Assembly: GCA_023253175.1 (NCBI GenBank)
Contig: JALRHH010000002.1
Coordinates: 256,199-320,198, forward strand
Direction: 5' to 3'
DNA length: 64,000 nt
DNA from: Candidatus Saccharimonadia bacterium
GTDB lineage: Bacteria > Patescibacteriota > Saccharimonadia > Saccharimonadales > JALRHH01
Of the stretch, positions 27,899-38,528 are shown piece after piece. How positions within the stretch are numbered: position 1 is the stretch's first letter; each line of letters begins with the position of its first letter. The position numbers were made by a program, and so were the translations under genes. The notes under the pieces are model-generated. The model was not told the origin of the DNA and did not search any database. It saw only the letters and a program-made list of their open reading frames with translations.

Positions 27899-28348
27899 GT
27901 GGCAGAATCTAAGAAATCCCAGAGTACAACAAAAAAGCGTGTTCCAAAGACAAGAGTAGGCAAGGCAGCAGTGGCTAAGGCGGCAAAAGCTAAAGCAGTT
28001 GCCAAGAAGGTACCAGCTACTCGCGTAGCCTCAAAGGCACAGGGCTTTACGGAATTCATCCGTAAGCAAGGGGTAATCGGACTGGCCGTTGGTCTTGCAA
28101 TCGGTACTCAAGCATCTGACTTGGTTAAGAACATCGTTAGTAGTGTGATCACGCCAATGGTTGATCTATTAGTAGGCAAGGGTGGTCTCGACGGTCTCGA
28201 TCTATTTGTGAAGATTGGCGATCGAACTGCAACCTTTGACTTCGGACTGCTCATCGATTCAACGATTAAGTTTGTCGCGGTTGCGGTCGTGATTTACTTC
28301 GTAATTATGGGTCTCAAGCTTGATAAGTTAGATAAAAAGAAAGACTAG
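27899..28348 (+). CDS. mscL: MscL family mechanosensitive channel with K/A-rich N-terminal extension
   Basis: FTEFIRKQGVIGLAVGLAIG...FGLLIDSTIKFV; AAGGAG SD before GTG. Confidence 0.8.
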   Translation: MAESKKSQSTTKKRVPKTRVGKAAVAKAAKAKAVAKKVPATRVASKAQGFTEFIRKQGVIGLAVGLAIGTQASDLVKNIVSSVITPMVDLLVGKGGLDGLDLFVKIGDRTATFDFGLLIDSTIKFVAVAVVIYFVIMGLKLDKLDKKKD

Positions 28349-28358
28349 GGAATTAACA

Positions 28359-28634
28359 ATGACGGCTATTGAAAAGGTACTACTTCGAAAAGATATTGCA
28401 TCAATTATTGTCGCGATTGTCGTAGGAAGCGCTACTACGTTTTTCCTGGCCGGCCTTACTGGACCTATTGTGTCGCAGATTAGTTTTTCTGATCAGTTCC
28501 AGGGTCAAGGCGTTCCCATGGGAGATCTTACGGTACAATCTACGGTTTCTTTTCTCCTACAGGTTATCGCACTCGAGCTACTGCTTCGTATCGTAATTTT
28601 TGTCCGTCGTCTTGCATACAAAAGGATTAAATAG
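28359..28634 (+). CDS. Small membrane protein
   Basis: Two hydrophobic helices, operonic spacing. Confidence 0.65.
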   Translation: MTAIEKVLLRKDIASIIVAIVVGSATTFFLAGLTGPIVSQISFSDQFQGQGVPMGDLTVQSTVSFLLQVIALELLLRIVIFVRRLAYKRIK

Positions 28635-28636
28635 TT

Positions 28637-28945
28637 ATGGTTGCAGGTGGTGAAAAGCAGTACTGGTTCAAAGCAAAAAAGTACGGTTGGGGCTGGGGAC
28701 TGCCCGCAAATCGCAAGGGCTGGATAGCGTTTGGTTTGTTTCTGGCGGTATGGCTCGCGGCGCTGCTGTGGCTCGTTTCTACTGGTAGCCCAACGGAGCA
28801 ACTAAGAACAAAAGATATCACTATATTTTTAGTGATATTATTTGCAGACATTCTAGGGCTTTTGTTCGTATCATTTAAATACGGTGAACCGCCAAAGTGG
28901 CGTTGGGGGAGTAAAGACCATGCAGCAAAATCCAAATCTGACTGA
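28637..28945 (+). CDS. Small membrane protein (WFKAKKYGWGW motif)
   Basis: Two TM helices, ends GEPPKWRWG. Confidence 0.7.
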   Translation: MVAGGEKQYWFKAKKYGWGWGLPANRKGWIAFGLFLAVWLAALLWLVSTGSPTEQLRTKDITIFLVILFADILGLLFVSFKYGEPPKWRWGSKDHAAKSKSD

Positions 28946-29306
28946 TGAGCAAAAACGTGTTCTATTTGATAAAGGCACGGAAACTCCTGGTACGGGCGAA
29001 TACTTAAATCACTCAGAACAGGGCGCTTATACTTGTGCCAACTGCGGTGCTGAACTTTTTAGAAGTACCGAAAAGTATGAATCAACTACGCCTGGTTTGG
29101 TTGGGTGGCCAAGCTTTGCCAATCCGGCTACAAACGATGCCGTAGAGCTTCGTCCTGACGATAGTTTAGGTATGGTTCGCACTGAAGTTGTTTGCAAGAA
29201 CTGCGGCGGACATCTTGGTCACGTGTTTGACGCCCCAGACGCTCCAGACGGCGGCAAGCACTACTGTATTAACTCGGTTTGCTTAGGCTTTTCACCGAAG
29301 GAATAG
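28920..29306 (+). CDS. msrB: Peptide-methionine (R)-S-oxide reductase
   Basis: GWPSF, RTEV.C..CGGHLGHVF, YCINS. Confidence 0.95.
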   Translation: MQQNPNLTDEQKRVLFDKGTETPGTGEYLNHSEQGAYTCANCGAELFRSTEKYESTTPGLVGWPSFANPATNDAVELRPDDSLGMVRTEVVCKNCGGHLGHVFDAPDAPDGGKHYCINSVCLGFSPKE

Positions 29307-29308
29307 TT

Positions 29309-29647
29309 TTATTGGTGGTATTTGTTGCCCCAGGCGGCCATAGCTTTGAGGACAGGGATAAGATCCTGTCCTTTTTTGGTGAGCGAGTACTCAATGCGTG
29401 GTGGTACTTCGTTGAATCGCTCTTTAGTTACAATACCGTGTGACTCCAGATCATCAAGACGCTGACTGAGTGTTCGCGGATTAATCTTAGGAATAGCTTG
29501 CTCAAATTCGCAGAAGCGCTTTGACCCAGAGCACAGCTCCTTGAGGATAAGGGAAGTCCACTTGGCTCCGATAATCTCCATAGCAGCGGCTACGCAGCCG
29601 ATGCGGGGTTCAATTTCTGTAGCTGATTGAGTTATTGTGACATTCAT
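29309..29647 (-). CDS. HxlR family transcriptional regulator
   Basis: C...AMEIIGAKW, RF.E, PPRIEYSLTKKG. Confidence 0.92.
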   Translation of the reverse strand: MNVTITQSATEIEPRIGCVAAAMEIIGAKWTSLILKELCSGSKRFCEFEQAIPKINPRTLSQRLDDLESHGIVTKERFNEVPPRIEYSLTKKGQDLIPVLKAMAAWGNKYHQ

Positions 29648-29720
29648 GACTTTACAAAATATAGTAATGCTCTATACTAGTTTCTGTTAACTATAAAAAA
29701 TATAGCATAAAGGAGTAAAA

Positions 29721-30254
29721 ATGTCCAATATCCTCGTCGTAATCGGTAGTGCGCGTAAGGGCCGTGTCGCAGATAAAGTGCTCGACTACATTAAGACTGA
29801 TCTTGATAAGCGCGAAGGCGTAACGTATACGGTCGCTGATCTCAAGGAAATTAACATGCCATTTTTTGACAATGAATTGTCACCAAATAATGAAGCATAC
29901 ACGATCACGGATCCACAGGTGAAGCAGTGGAGCGAGCTCGTTCAGGCCGCAGATGGTGTGCTATTTATCACCCCAGAGTATAACCACACATTGAGCGCAA
30001 TCCAGAAGAACGCGATTGACTCGCTTGGTATCGATTGGAATGAAAAGCCTGTTTCAGCGGTTGCATATGGCTGGAGCGGCGGCTCATTGGCAGTCGGTAC
30101 ATTCCGCGAGGCTATCGGCAACGTGAAAGCTGATGTTAAGCAGACAATTGCACAGCTTGGTTTCATGAAGGACCTAAACCCAGATGGTACGCTACTTGAT
30201 GCTGCCAATGTGGAAGCGCAGATTGCTGCAACAATTGACGAACTTGTAGCCTAG
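29721..30254 (+). CDS. NADPH-dependent FMN reductase
   Basis: GSARKGR, TPEYNH...KNAID; divergent from the HxlR gene. Confidence 0.9.
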   Translation: MSNILVVIGSARKGRVADKVLDYIKTDLDKREGVTYTVADLKEINMPFFDNELSPNNEAYTITDPQVKQWSELVQAADGVLFITPEYNHTLSAIQKNAIDSLGIDWNEKPVSAVAYGWSGGSLAVGTFREAIGNVKADVKQTIAQLGFMKDLNPDGTLLDAANVEAQIAATIDELVA

Positions 30255-30256
30255 AG

Positions 30257-31006
30257 TTAGTAGCTCGGTGCAGCAGGGAGCCCGAAGAACTCTTCCAGAG
30301 TCAGGGCTCCTTTTTTGTGCATTTCGGCTGCGAGATCAGTTCCGATGTAACGAATATGCCATGGTTCGTAGCGGTATCCGGTCACATCTTGTTTACCTTC
30401 GGGATAACGAATGATAAATCCATATGCATGAGCGTTTGCAGCGAGCCATTTACCTGCAGCAGTGTCGCCAAAACAGTCTTCGATACCACACCCACCGCCG
30501 CCAACGTCGATTGCGAGTCCTGTCTGGTGTTCGCTGTATCCAGGACGGGCGCTTTGGCTGTCTGCGACGGCTTGTCCGTTTGCTTTCACCTCGTTACCGT
30601 AGACGGTGACCTGGGTATTGTATGATCGGTAACCGCTGAGCGGGCTCATGGTAAGGCCGGCTGTTTTTGCTCCTGCTAAAAGTTTGCTTAAATTATCTGC
30701 CGCCTCTTTGCGAAGCTGCTGGCCACCACCAACGCTTACAAGATCACTTGGTGCATAATTTTTAGGATTAAGCGGGCGCTGTTTATTTGATACAACCCAG
30801 ATGCTGGTCGGGTCATCATAAGAGTACTTCGTTTTATCAAAAGCGGGCTCTTTGGGCTGCTCTGTGATCACTTTTTTCTGTTCCGTTTTGGTATCTGTAG
30901 TTGTTTGCTGCTGCTTTGGCGGCTCTTTTACAAAGAGTACATAGGCTGGGCCACCCACGATGAGAGTGATAAAAGCGACGACCGCGAGGATGTGTTTGAT
31001 GTTCAT
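30257..31006 (-). CDS. M15B (VanY-like) D-Ala-D-Ala carboxypeptidase
   Basis: SGYRS, SARPGYSEHQTGLAID, YEPWHIRYIG; N-terminal anchor. Confidence 0.92.
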   Translation of the reverse strand: MNIKHILAVVAFITLIVGGPAYVLFVKEPPKQQQTTTDTKTEQKKVITEQPKEPAFDKTKYSYDDPTSIWVVSNKQRPLNPKNYAPSDLVSVGGGQQLRKEAADNLSKLLAGAKTAGLTMSPLSGYRSYNTQVTVYGNEVKANGQAVADSQSARPGYSEHQTGLAIDVGGGGCGIEDCFGDTAAGKWLAANAHAYGFIIRYPEGKQDVTGYRYEPWHIRYIGTDLAAEMHKKGALTLEEFFGLPAAPSY

Positions 31007-31056
31007 ATATCTATGGTACTACATGACTGGGGCTGTATAGGTGTTATACTTTGGTC

Positions 31057-31599
31057 ATGATTATTGATAAAAATGCTATTCCGACAAAACTACTCTGGGT
31101 GGATCTGGAGATGACAGGGCTTGATAGCCAAAATGACGTTATTATCGAAGTTGCGGCTGAAGTAACCGATTTTAACTTCAAAACTTTGGCAAGCTATGAA
31201 GCAGTAATTTACCACGATGATATGGTGCTCGATCGTGCGAATGAATGGGCCAAGGCTCAGCACGCCAAAAGCGGCCTGACGGAGCGCGTTCGTACCGAGG
31301 GAAGGGATGAACGCGACGTGGTGCACGAACTCGTTGGGTTTATTCAGGCGCAGTTTGGTGATGAGCCGGCTGTACTTGCGGGTAACTCAATCCATAATGA
31401 TCGTCAGTTCATCAAGCGTTGGTGGCCGGAAGTTGAAGACATACTCCATTACCGTATGCTCGACGTTTCTGCATGGAAAATACTTATGCAGGCCAAATAT
31501 GATGTCAGCTTTGAAAAGAAAGAAGTCCACCGTGCCTTTGATGATATTCAGGCAAGTATCGCGGAACTTCAGCATTATTTAGCGTATTTCGGAAAATAG
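31057..31599 (+). CDS. orn: Oligoribonuclease
   Basis: LWVDLEMTGLD, LAGNSIHNDR, HYRMLDVS, HRAFDDI. Confidence 0.93.
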   Translation: MIIDKNAIPTKLLWVDLEMTGLDSQNDVIIEVAAEVTDFNFKTLASYEAVIYHDDMVLDRANEWAKAQHAKSGLTERVRTEGRDERDVVHELVGFIQAQFGDEPAVLAGNSIHNDRQFIKRWWPEVEDILHYRMLDVSAWKILMQAKYDVSFEKKEVHRAFDDIQASIAELQHYLAYFGK

Positions 31600-31616
31600 T
31601 AAAACGTAAGCAGGGA

Positions 31617-33638
31617 TTACTTGCTGCTTCGATAGTAATAACCGATGTAGGTGGCACCAGCGAGTGCGAGAATTAGTGGTAGCCACCACCATCCGAGCTT
31701 GAGAAAGTTTGATTGGCTCTGAGCGGGCTTATTATCTTCGCCTGGGGCGGTAGTAGATTGGCCAACGACTCCAGTTTGCTTATTACTGCCTAGCGCCGCT
31801 GCTTCGGCTGCAAGTCGATTGATAACATCATTGCTGGCATTTGTTGACCGTACTATGGTAATTGCTCCTCCATATACCGTGCTATTGCCGAGTGCATCTT
31901 TTGCGAATACCGTAATCGTGTGGGCACCCACACTCAGCGTTCGCTTAACCTCGGCTGACCAGTTATAGGTCCCATGGGCATTTGGAACGGTGCTCACGAC
32001 TGCTGCGTAGGTAATGCCACTTACTTTGATGGTAACGGTTGCGCCAGGGTCACTGACAGTTCCGTTTACCGTTGGGGTTGTGTCGGTGGTGTCTGATTCG
32101 TCCACGGTTATAATTGGTGCCGTGTCATCAATTGTGAATTGCCACGGCGCTGACCACTCGCCGCAGTTGCCAAGCGCGTCACACGCCTGTATGCGCCAAA
32201 AGTAAGTGCCGTCGTTATATGCACCGATGGGTAGGTTGGTGTTGCTCGTGGATGTGCTCGTTATGACATTTCCGAATCCGGCATCTGTAGCGATTTGTAC
32301 GCTATAAACTACTGGACTGCTGTCGGCAACCGCGAGCCATGATAAAAATGGAAGGGCTGCACTCGTGCCGATGGCACCATCTGCTGGACTTGTCCTTGTG
32401 GGCGGATTAGGAGCGGTGTTATCAATGGTAATGGAGATTGAATCACTTGCGTTATTCCCGGCCGTGTCAGTGCTGGTTAGGGTAATGAAGTAGGTACCAC
32501 TCGGTAGCTGGTTTGTATTCCATAGATAAGAAACATCGGTACCCAATCCGCTATATACAAGTGCGCCATCAATGGTCAGCCGGTATGCCGCTGGTTCGCT
32601 AATAGTTCCGTTAATCTGTACGGCTCCGCGTGTGACTAACCCGTTTGCTGGGCCTGTAATTGTTGGGATTGGCGCGGTAGTGTCCGTGGTAATTGAGCCC
32701 GTTGCCGGCGGAGTAGTTATGTTACCGGCTGCATCAGTCGCCACGGCAGAGATTGTGTATGAACCATCAGCAAGGGGGTCGGTCGTAATGCTCCATCTCC
32801 CATCACTTGGTAGGGTGGCATATGTTTTTCCACCAATTGTTACCTGCACAGTAGTATTGTTGTCGTCGACGGTTCCGCTGATCGTTGGGGTATTGTCACT
32901 GACAGGCGCAGGATACGGATCAATAGTAAGTCCAGGCATGGTATTGTCTACGGTGACGTCAATTATGACCGTTTCCGCATTATCGGCTTTATCGCGGGCG
33001 CTCAATTGTATCTTGTATGGGCCATCAGCTACTTTGGTGGTGTCCCATTCATATGAAAGCGTATTGGAGGTCACGGGATTTGCGTATGCCCCCAGGGCTT
33101 TCCCATTGACAACTACAGGATTGCCAGCCGCATTTAAGATGCGTATTGCATAGGCGAGCGGATTTGCATCAGTTACAGTCTCGGTAATCGTTACTGTTTT
33201 ACTGAGTGATGCATTTGCAGCTATGTTGCTTGATATAACAGGCTTTGTTATGTCGTAAGTAGCGTTACATGAGTCTGCCCAGTCGGAAGTAAGAGCTCCG
33301 TCGTACACGCTCTGGACACTAAAGCTTAGCGTACCCTCTGCATCGAATGAGCTGGTGATACTGGTGGCATCACCCACATTAACAGGGCCGTAAGTACTGC
33401 CATTTGGAAGGACGGCCTTGTAGTTGTAGCTGGTGGCGCCCGGTGTGGCATCCCATTTTTGGGTAAGGGAGGCTATATTTGTGTACAGCCCACATTCGTG
33501 CGTGCCGCTGCTATTCGTAAACCTGAGGTTTTTGGGTGTTATAACCGGTGCTGCTGAGACGCGAGGGGAATGGTAGAGCGGCGAGACAAGACTGACTGCG
33601 ATAACCGCGATCATAGCTACTGATTTTAGGATGCGCAT
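31617..33638 (-). CDS. Surface protein with tandem Ig-like/FnIII-like domains and C-terminal TM anchor
   Basis: Signal peptide; repeated ...DAAGN...DTTAP units; WWWLPLILALAG anchor. Confidence 0.85.
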   Translation of the reverse strand: MRILKSVAMIAVIAVSLVSPLYHSPRVSAAPVITPKNLRFTNSSGTHECGLYTNIASLTQKWDATPGATSYNYKAVLPNGSTYGPVNVGDATSITSSFDAEGTLSFSVQSVYDGALTSDWADSCNATYDITKPVISSNIAANASLSKTVTITETVTDANPLAYAIRILNAAGNPVVVNGKALGAYANPVTSNTLSYEWDTTKVADGPYKIQLSARDKADNAETVIIDVTVDNTMPGLTIDPYPAPVSDNTPTISGTVDDNNTTVQVTIGGKTYATLPSDGRWSITTDPLADGSYTISAVATDAAGNITTPPATGSITTDTTAPIPTITGPANGLVTRGAVQINGTISEPAAYRLTIDGALVYSGLGTDVSYLWNTNQLPSGTYFITLTSTDTAGNNASDSISITIDNTAPNPPTRTSPADGAIGTSAALPFLSWLAVADSSPVVYSVQIATDAGFGNVITSTSTSNTNLPIGAYNDGTYFWRIQACDALGNCGEWSAPWQFTIDDTAPIITVDESDTTDTTPTVNGTVSDPGATVTIKVSGITYAAVVSTVPNAHGTYNWSAEVKRTLSVGAHTITVFAKDALGNSTVYGGAITIVRSTNASNDVINRLAAEAAALGSNKQTGVVGQSTTAPGEDNKPAQSQSNFLKLGWWWLPLILALAGATYIGYYYRSSK

Positions 33639-33861
33639 GTGCTGCGCACCTCTTGCTAGTGTTATCATGGAAGCCCCCGCCATACCTTAACGTATACATA
33701 TAAGTGTACAGGATTTTTACAAAATTACATATTTGTCAAAATCATTCTATTACGATCAAACAGCTGTTTTTATTAAGCTTACGGTAATATTTATCACCGT
33801 TTTCTCAGCGGTAATTTCCTATACTCGAGATTACTAAGGCGAGGAGGGCAGTATTGTGGCA

Positions 33862-34323
33862 ATGCAAACAATAGAGAGAATTGAAGGTCCTTTGGATCAT
33901 GGCATTTTTCTTCCGATGGTGAATGTCGTCAACCAGTTGCCTGACGATGCAGAACTCAAGACCTTATCATATCCAGAGATCCATGACGGACTATAGTCAA
34001 GGGACATGCTCTACGGTGTAAAGCACCAGCTTGGAACAGTTGTGGCATTGGCTGGTGCGGTCATCGAACAAGACGGGAAGGTAGTGCGTTTGACTGAAAT
34101 CGCTGCCACGAGCCGAGCAGATGATGATGCAACACGTGAGATGATGCATAAATTTGTGCATGATGCACGAGATCAAGGTGCCGATCAGCTCGTACTTGAT
34201 GTCACTCCACAGCCTGGCACGACCGCAGCAGATTTTGCGGATCGATACCACCTGCAGCCAAATCGACACGGGGCGTATATTTTGCACCTGGCCGATGTTG
34301 ATAAGGAGGAAGTTCTCCCATAA
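33862..34323 (+). pseudogene. GNAT-like gene interrupted by an in-frame TAG at 33994-33996
   Basis: GAGGAGG SD, then 44 codons, TAG, and the same frame continues into the 34006-34323 ORF. Confidence 0.6.
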
Positions 34324-34342
34324 ATGAGGTATACTAGCCTCT

Positions 34343-34690
34343 ATGTTAGATCATAAAACAGTTGAAGAATACGTCCTCTCAATGCCAAATGCCGTACGGG
34401 ACTATCCATTTGGTGAAGAAGTGGCCGTGTACAAAGTGTCGGAAAAAATGTTTGCCTTGATTCCAGAAGGCAAGTCACCGGTGCGTATTAGTCTGAAGTG
34501 TGATCCGCAGCTCAGCGTGCTATTACGTGACAAGTACGAATCGGTTATGCCGGGCTATCACCTGAACAAAAAGCACTGGAATACCATTATTGTCAGCGGG
34601 CAACTGCCGTGGGAAGAGGTCCAGGCACTTATCCTGCACAGCTATAATCTTGTAGCTGGCATAGACACAAGTGTTCCGGCAGTTGAGTAG
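34343..34690 (+). CDS. MmcQ/YjbR family DNA-binding protein
   Basis: YPFG, KMFAL, LKCDP, PGYHLNKKHWNT. Confidence 0.92.
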   Translation: MLDHKTVEEYVLSMPNAVRDYPFGEEVAVYKVSEKMFALIPEGKSPVRISLKCDPQLSVLLRDKYESVMPGYHLNKKHWNTIIVSGQLPWEEVQALILHSYNLVAGIDTSVPAVE

Positions 34691-35290
34691 TTACTGCTTG
34701 GCGGTTGCGAGCAGGCCAGCAGTTTGATACTGAGTCTGAAGTGCTGTTTTGACTTTCTTGCTATCAGATTTCTCGTACGCAGCCTTAAGAGTCTTTTGAT
34801 AGTCAACGAGCTGGGCTTGAATCGTTTGGATGAATACTTCGTCAAACTTATTGGATTGCTCGGCGCTCGTTAAAAGCGTGTCAGTTTTTTGATTTTTACC
34901 GAGAGCTAATTGCTTGTCAGATACCTTGATATCATTTGATTTCAGCGTCGCAAGCAGCGTAGTTTGGTCTGACTTGAGGCTGAGATTCACGCTTGTTGCC
35001 AGGTTCTTAGCACTGGATCCCTTGGCAAGCTTCAGCCCAATCTCGCTAATACGAATAATCTCGGTTTGCTTTTGCGTGGCCTTCAGAATTTCATCGCGGC
35101 CTGCGTTGGAGGCGCTTGAGAGTAAGGTGGCAACAATAATACCAATAATGAGTAGTACAATTACGCCGCCCAAAACAATAAAAAGACGACCTTGTTTTGA
35201 GGTGCCTAGATTGCCACCCAGGCGCGGCTTTGCGTGGTTGGCATCCACAATAAATTGGTACGGATTATGAGGTTGATTGTGTTCTGTCAT
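34691..35290 (-). CDS. Membrane-anchored helical hypothetical protein
   Basis: Single TM helix then an all-helical domain. Confidence 0.7.
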   Translation of the reverse strand: MTEHNQPHNPYQFIVDANHAKPRLGGNLGTSKQGRLFIVLGGVIVLLIIGIIVATLLSSASNAGRDEILKATQKQTEIIRISEIGLKLAKGSSAKNLATSVNLSLKSDQTTLLATLKSNDIKVSDKQLALGKNQKTDTLLTSAEQSNKFDEVFIQTIQAQLVDYQKTLKAAYEKSDSKKVKTALQTQYQTAGLLATAKQ

Positions 35291-35387
35291 GCTTATGCAT
35301 AATCATACCGCCGTAGGGGCAAAAACACTAGAGCTTACTGCTACTGCTTGTCTGTTTCGGGCAAGTAGCACATACTTACTAACAGAT

Positions 35388-37139
35388 ATGGACGCTGTCG
35401 AAGAAATCAAATCACGCCTAAACATTGAAGATGTAATTGGTGAATATGTCGAGCTAAAGCGTGCTGGCCGTAATTTTAAGGGCTTAAGTCCATTTACGAG
35501 CGAGAAATCCGCAAGCTTTATGGTCAGTCCAGAGAAGGGTATTTGGCATGATTTTTCATCTGGCAAGGGCGGCAACGTTTTTAGCTTTATCATGGAGCTT
35601 GAAGGCCTAGAGTTCAAAGAAGCGCTCGAGTTACTTGCACGCAAGGCTAACGTTGATCTTGAGCAGTTTCGGGGTTCACGCGGCGGTGGTAACGGCAAGC
35701 TCAAGGAACGTCTGTATGCGGCGAATGAGATGGCCTGCAAGTTTTATCAGGTGCAGTTTAGTAAGAATCAGGTAGCACTAGAGTACGTCTTTAAAAAGCG
35801 CCAGTTTACCAAAGAAACTGCCCTCGAATTCCGACTTGGCTACGCGCCGAATAATGGCTCTGCCTTAATTGACTACCTTAAAAAACAAGGCTTTACGGAA
35901 AAAGAATTAACCCAGGCTGGCCTGACAGCCAAGCGCTACCGTGGCGGTATTCAAGATATGTTCCGTGGCCGCTTGATGGTGGCACTGCAGGACCAGCAGG
36001 GGCGGGTAATTGGCTTTACGGCTCGGCTACTCGACGATGACCCTAACGCACCAAAATATCTTAATACCCCGCAGACACTGCTGTATGACAAGTCCCGTCA
36101 TGTGTACGGACTGCATCTCGCGAAAGACAGCTTGCGCCGTGATGGCTTCGCGGTACTCGTCGAAGGCAACCTCGATGTTATCGCCAGTCATCAAGTTGGA
36201 GTAAAAAATGTCGTCGCAACCGCTGGTACAGCGCTTACCGAAATGCATCTGAAGACAATAAGTAGGTTTACGGGCGACTTGCGTCTGGCATTTGACCAGG
36301 ACAAAGCTGGCATCGCCGCAACAGAACGCGCTATTCCGATCGCCAGTAAGGTCGGTGTGAAACTAAACATTATTTCTATCCCAGAGGGTAAAGACCCGGA
36401 CGAGCTTATTAAAAAAGACAAGTCATTATGGGACCAAGCGATTGAAAATCCGCAGTATGCGATTGATTGGGTGATTGATCAATACGCGCAGCGGCTCGAT
36501 CTAGAAAAAGCTCCAGACAAGCGTGAATTCAGTGATGTAACACTGGCAGTCGTACGGCAGCTCCCGGATAGCGTAGAGCAGGATCATTACACACAAAAAA
36601 TCGCCAAGATTCTAGGCGTCAGTCCTGATGCGATCGCAAGTAAGCTTAAAGAAGCCCCTAAAGCCCGCGTTTCTCGTAAACAACAGACCCGAAAAGAGGT
36701 CGTTGTTGACCAGCATCTTTTAGAGCGAAAGAAACTGCAGGACCAGGTGCTCGCAATTGGACTTATGCGGCCCGGAATTCGTGGTGAACTCAAAGATGTG
36801 AATGAAAAATCCTTACCAGAGGAGCCGGCTCGGCAATTGTTGGCATATCTTTTAGATCATCCAGACTTCGACGGAAAGCTCGCAGGACAGCAGGAGTTGA
36901 AGGATATCACCGAATATATTAAAATAGTGTCATTACAGTACGAAGCGTTGTACCAAGATTTAGACGATGTGCAGCTGCAGCAAGAGCTAAAGCGCCAACG
37001 AAACCGTCTCCAAGAACAATATATTAAGACCCGTAAAGCGGAAATTTCGCGGCTGCTGCATGATGCAGATGATGCCGAGATAGCTGTGCTGCTATCAGAG
37101 GTGAAAGACCTCGATGCACAGCTCAAAACACTGCTATAA
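35388..37139 (+). CDS. dnaG: DNA primase
   Basis: [41 protein letters not shown]. Confidence 0.97.
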   Translation: MDAVEEIKSRLNIEDVIGEYVELKRAGRNFKGLSPFTSEKSASFMVSPEKGIWHDFSSGKGGNVFSFIMELEGLEFKEALELLARKANVDLEQFRGSRGGGNGKLKERLYAANEMACKFYQVQFSKNQVALEYVFKKRQFTKETALEFRLGYAPNNGSALIDYLKKQGFTEKELTQAGLTAKRYRGGIQDMFRGRLMVALQDQQGRVIGFTARLLDDDPNAPKYLNTPQTLLYDKSRHVYGLHLAKDSLRRDGFAVLVEGNLDVIASHQVGVKNVVATAGTALTEMHLKTISRFTGDLRLAFDQDKAGIAATERAIPIASKVGVKLNIISIPEGKDPDELIKKDKSLWDQAIENPQYAIDWVIDQYAQRLDLEKAPDKREFSDVTLAVVRQLPDSVEQDHYTQKIAKILGVSPDAIASKLKEAPKARVSRKQQTRKEVVVDQHLLERKKLQDQVLAIGLMRPGIRGELKDVNEKSLPEEPARQLLAYLLDHPDFDGKLAGQQELKDITEYIKIVSLQYEALYQDLDDVQLQQELKRQRNRLQEQYIKTRKAEISRLLHDADDAEIAVLLSEVKDLDAQLKTLL

Positions 37140-37165
37140 ATGCGGTAACCCAAAGAGGAGTATGC

Positions 37166-38299
37166 ATGGCTAAAGACAAGGCACCCAAAGAAGTATCAAT
37201 CGATGATATTAAGAAAGTATTAGTAGAAAAAGCTAAAAAAGAAGGCAAGATTGCACAGCAAGACATTTTTGCGGTTATTCCAGATGTGCCAGAAAATGCT
37301 GAGGTATTGGACGGACTGTATACCGAACTTGCTGAAGTAAACGTTGAAATCACCGTAGATGCGGCTGCTGACCCAGTAGTAGATGGTCCTGCCGTTGAAA
37401 TGAGCGACGAGTGGACTGCCGAAGATGACGAAGAGATCGTCATTGATGAAAAAGCGTATCTTGACGACATCGCTGATGACTCAGTCCGTCTGTATCTTCG
37501 TGAAATCGGTAAAATTCCACTGCTTAACGCAGAAGAGGAACTGGAGCTTGCACAAAAAGTTGTTGCAGGTGACAAGCGCGCCAAGGACAAGATGGCAGAG
37601 GCAAACATGCGTCTTGTCGTGTCTATTGCGAAGCGCTACGTGGGCCGTGGCCTCGATCTTCTTGATCTTATCCAAGAAGGTAACACTGGTTTGTTGCGCG
37701 CCGTTGAGAAGTTCGATCCGGACAAGGGATTCAAATTCTCTACCTATGCAACATGGTGGATCCGCCAGGCTATTACGCGCGCGATTGCTGACCAGGCACG
37801 AACGATTCGTATTCCGGTGCACATGGTTGAAACAATTAACAAATTACTTCGTACACAGCGCCGCCTAACCCAGGAACTCAACCGCGAGCCTACCAACGAA
37901 GAAATCGCCAAAGAAATGGAGATCGAGGTAGAGAAGGTAGAGCACATCATGAAGATTAAGCAGGACATTAGTTCGCTTGATGCATCTGTACGTGATGATG
38001 AAGAAGATTCAGTACTCGCTGACTTCATTGAGGACGAAGACACTATCTCTCCTGAAGAATCAGCTACCAACCAGCTTCTTAAGGAGCACGTCAAAGACAT
38101 GCTTGGTGCACTGACAGAGCGCGAACAAAAGATCCTCAAGCTCCGCTTTGGACTAGAAGACGGCAAGAGTCACACCTTAGAGGAAGTAGGGCAGGAATTC
38201 AGCGTTACCCGTGAACGTATCCGTCAGATCGAAGCAAAAGCACTCGCCAAGCTCCGCAAGCACAAAGACAGCAAAAAACTCCACGACTATATTAAATAA
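37166..38299 (+). CDS. rpoD: Primary sigma factor
   Basis: [45 protein letters not shown]. Confidence 0.98.
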   Translation: MAKDKAPKEVSIDDIKKVLVEKAKKEGKIAQQDIFAVIPDVPENAEVLDGLYTELAEVNVEITVDAAADPVVDGPAVEMSDEWTAEDDEEIVIDEKAYLDDIADDSVRLYLREIGKIPLLNAEEELELAQKVVAGDKRAKDKMAEANMRLVVSIAKRYVGRGLDLLDLIQEGNTGLLRAVEKFDPDKGFKFSTYATWWIRQAITRAIADQARTIRIPVHMVETINKLLRTQRRLTQELNREPTNEEIAKEMEIEVEKVEHIMKIKQDISSLDASVRDDEEDSVLADFIEDEDTISPEESATNQLLKEHVKDMLGALTEREQKILKLRFGLEDGKSHTLEEVGQEFSVTRERIRQIEAKALAKLRKHKDSKKLHDYIK

Positions 38300-38322
38300 A
38301 ATAAGTCGTCAGTGATATTCAT

Positions 38323-38348
38323 GAAAACCCCGGCAGGTCCGGGGTTTT
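38323..38348 (+). terminator. Intrinsic terminator after rpoD
   Basis: aaaaccccgg-caggt-ccggggtttt. Confidence 0.85.
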
Positions 38349-38405
38349 CTGGTAGAATAGACGGGATGTTTAAAGCTGATTTTAATTCCACAGTCTGTGA
38401 AGTGA

Positions 38406-38506
38406 AGTGCTTGCCATCGAGTGCAATCTGTTCAATTTTTGCGAGAAGCCATAGCCGTAGCTACGGCGACGAGCAAAATTGGCAGAGTGTGCCGACGGCA
38501 AGCGCT
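38406..38506. repeat. Long REP/MITE-like palindromic element, family B copy 1
   Basis: Outer stem agtgcttgccatcg/cgacggcaagcgct, inner stems, motif AGTGCAA...GAGAAGCCATA...TACGGCGACGAG. Confidence 0.65.
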
Positions 38507-38528
38507 GAGGCTGGAGTGGGGAATTAAA

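Noticed and set aside
38312..38527. 71-aa ORF after rpoD
   Set aside because: Runs through a terminator and the family B palindrome; probably not coding
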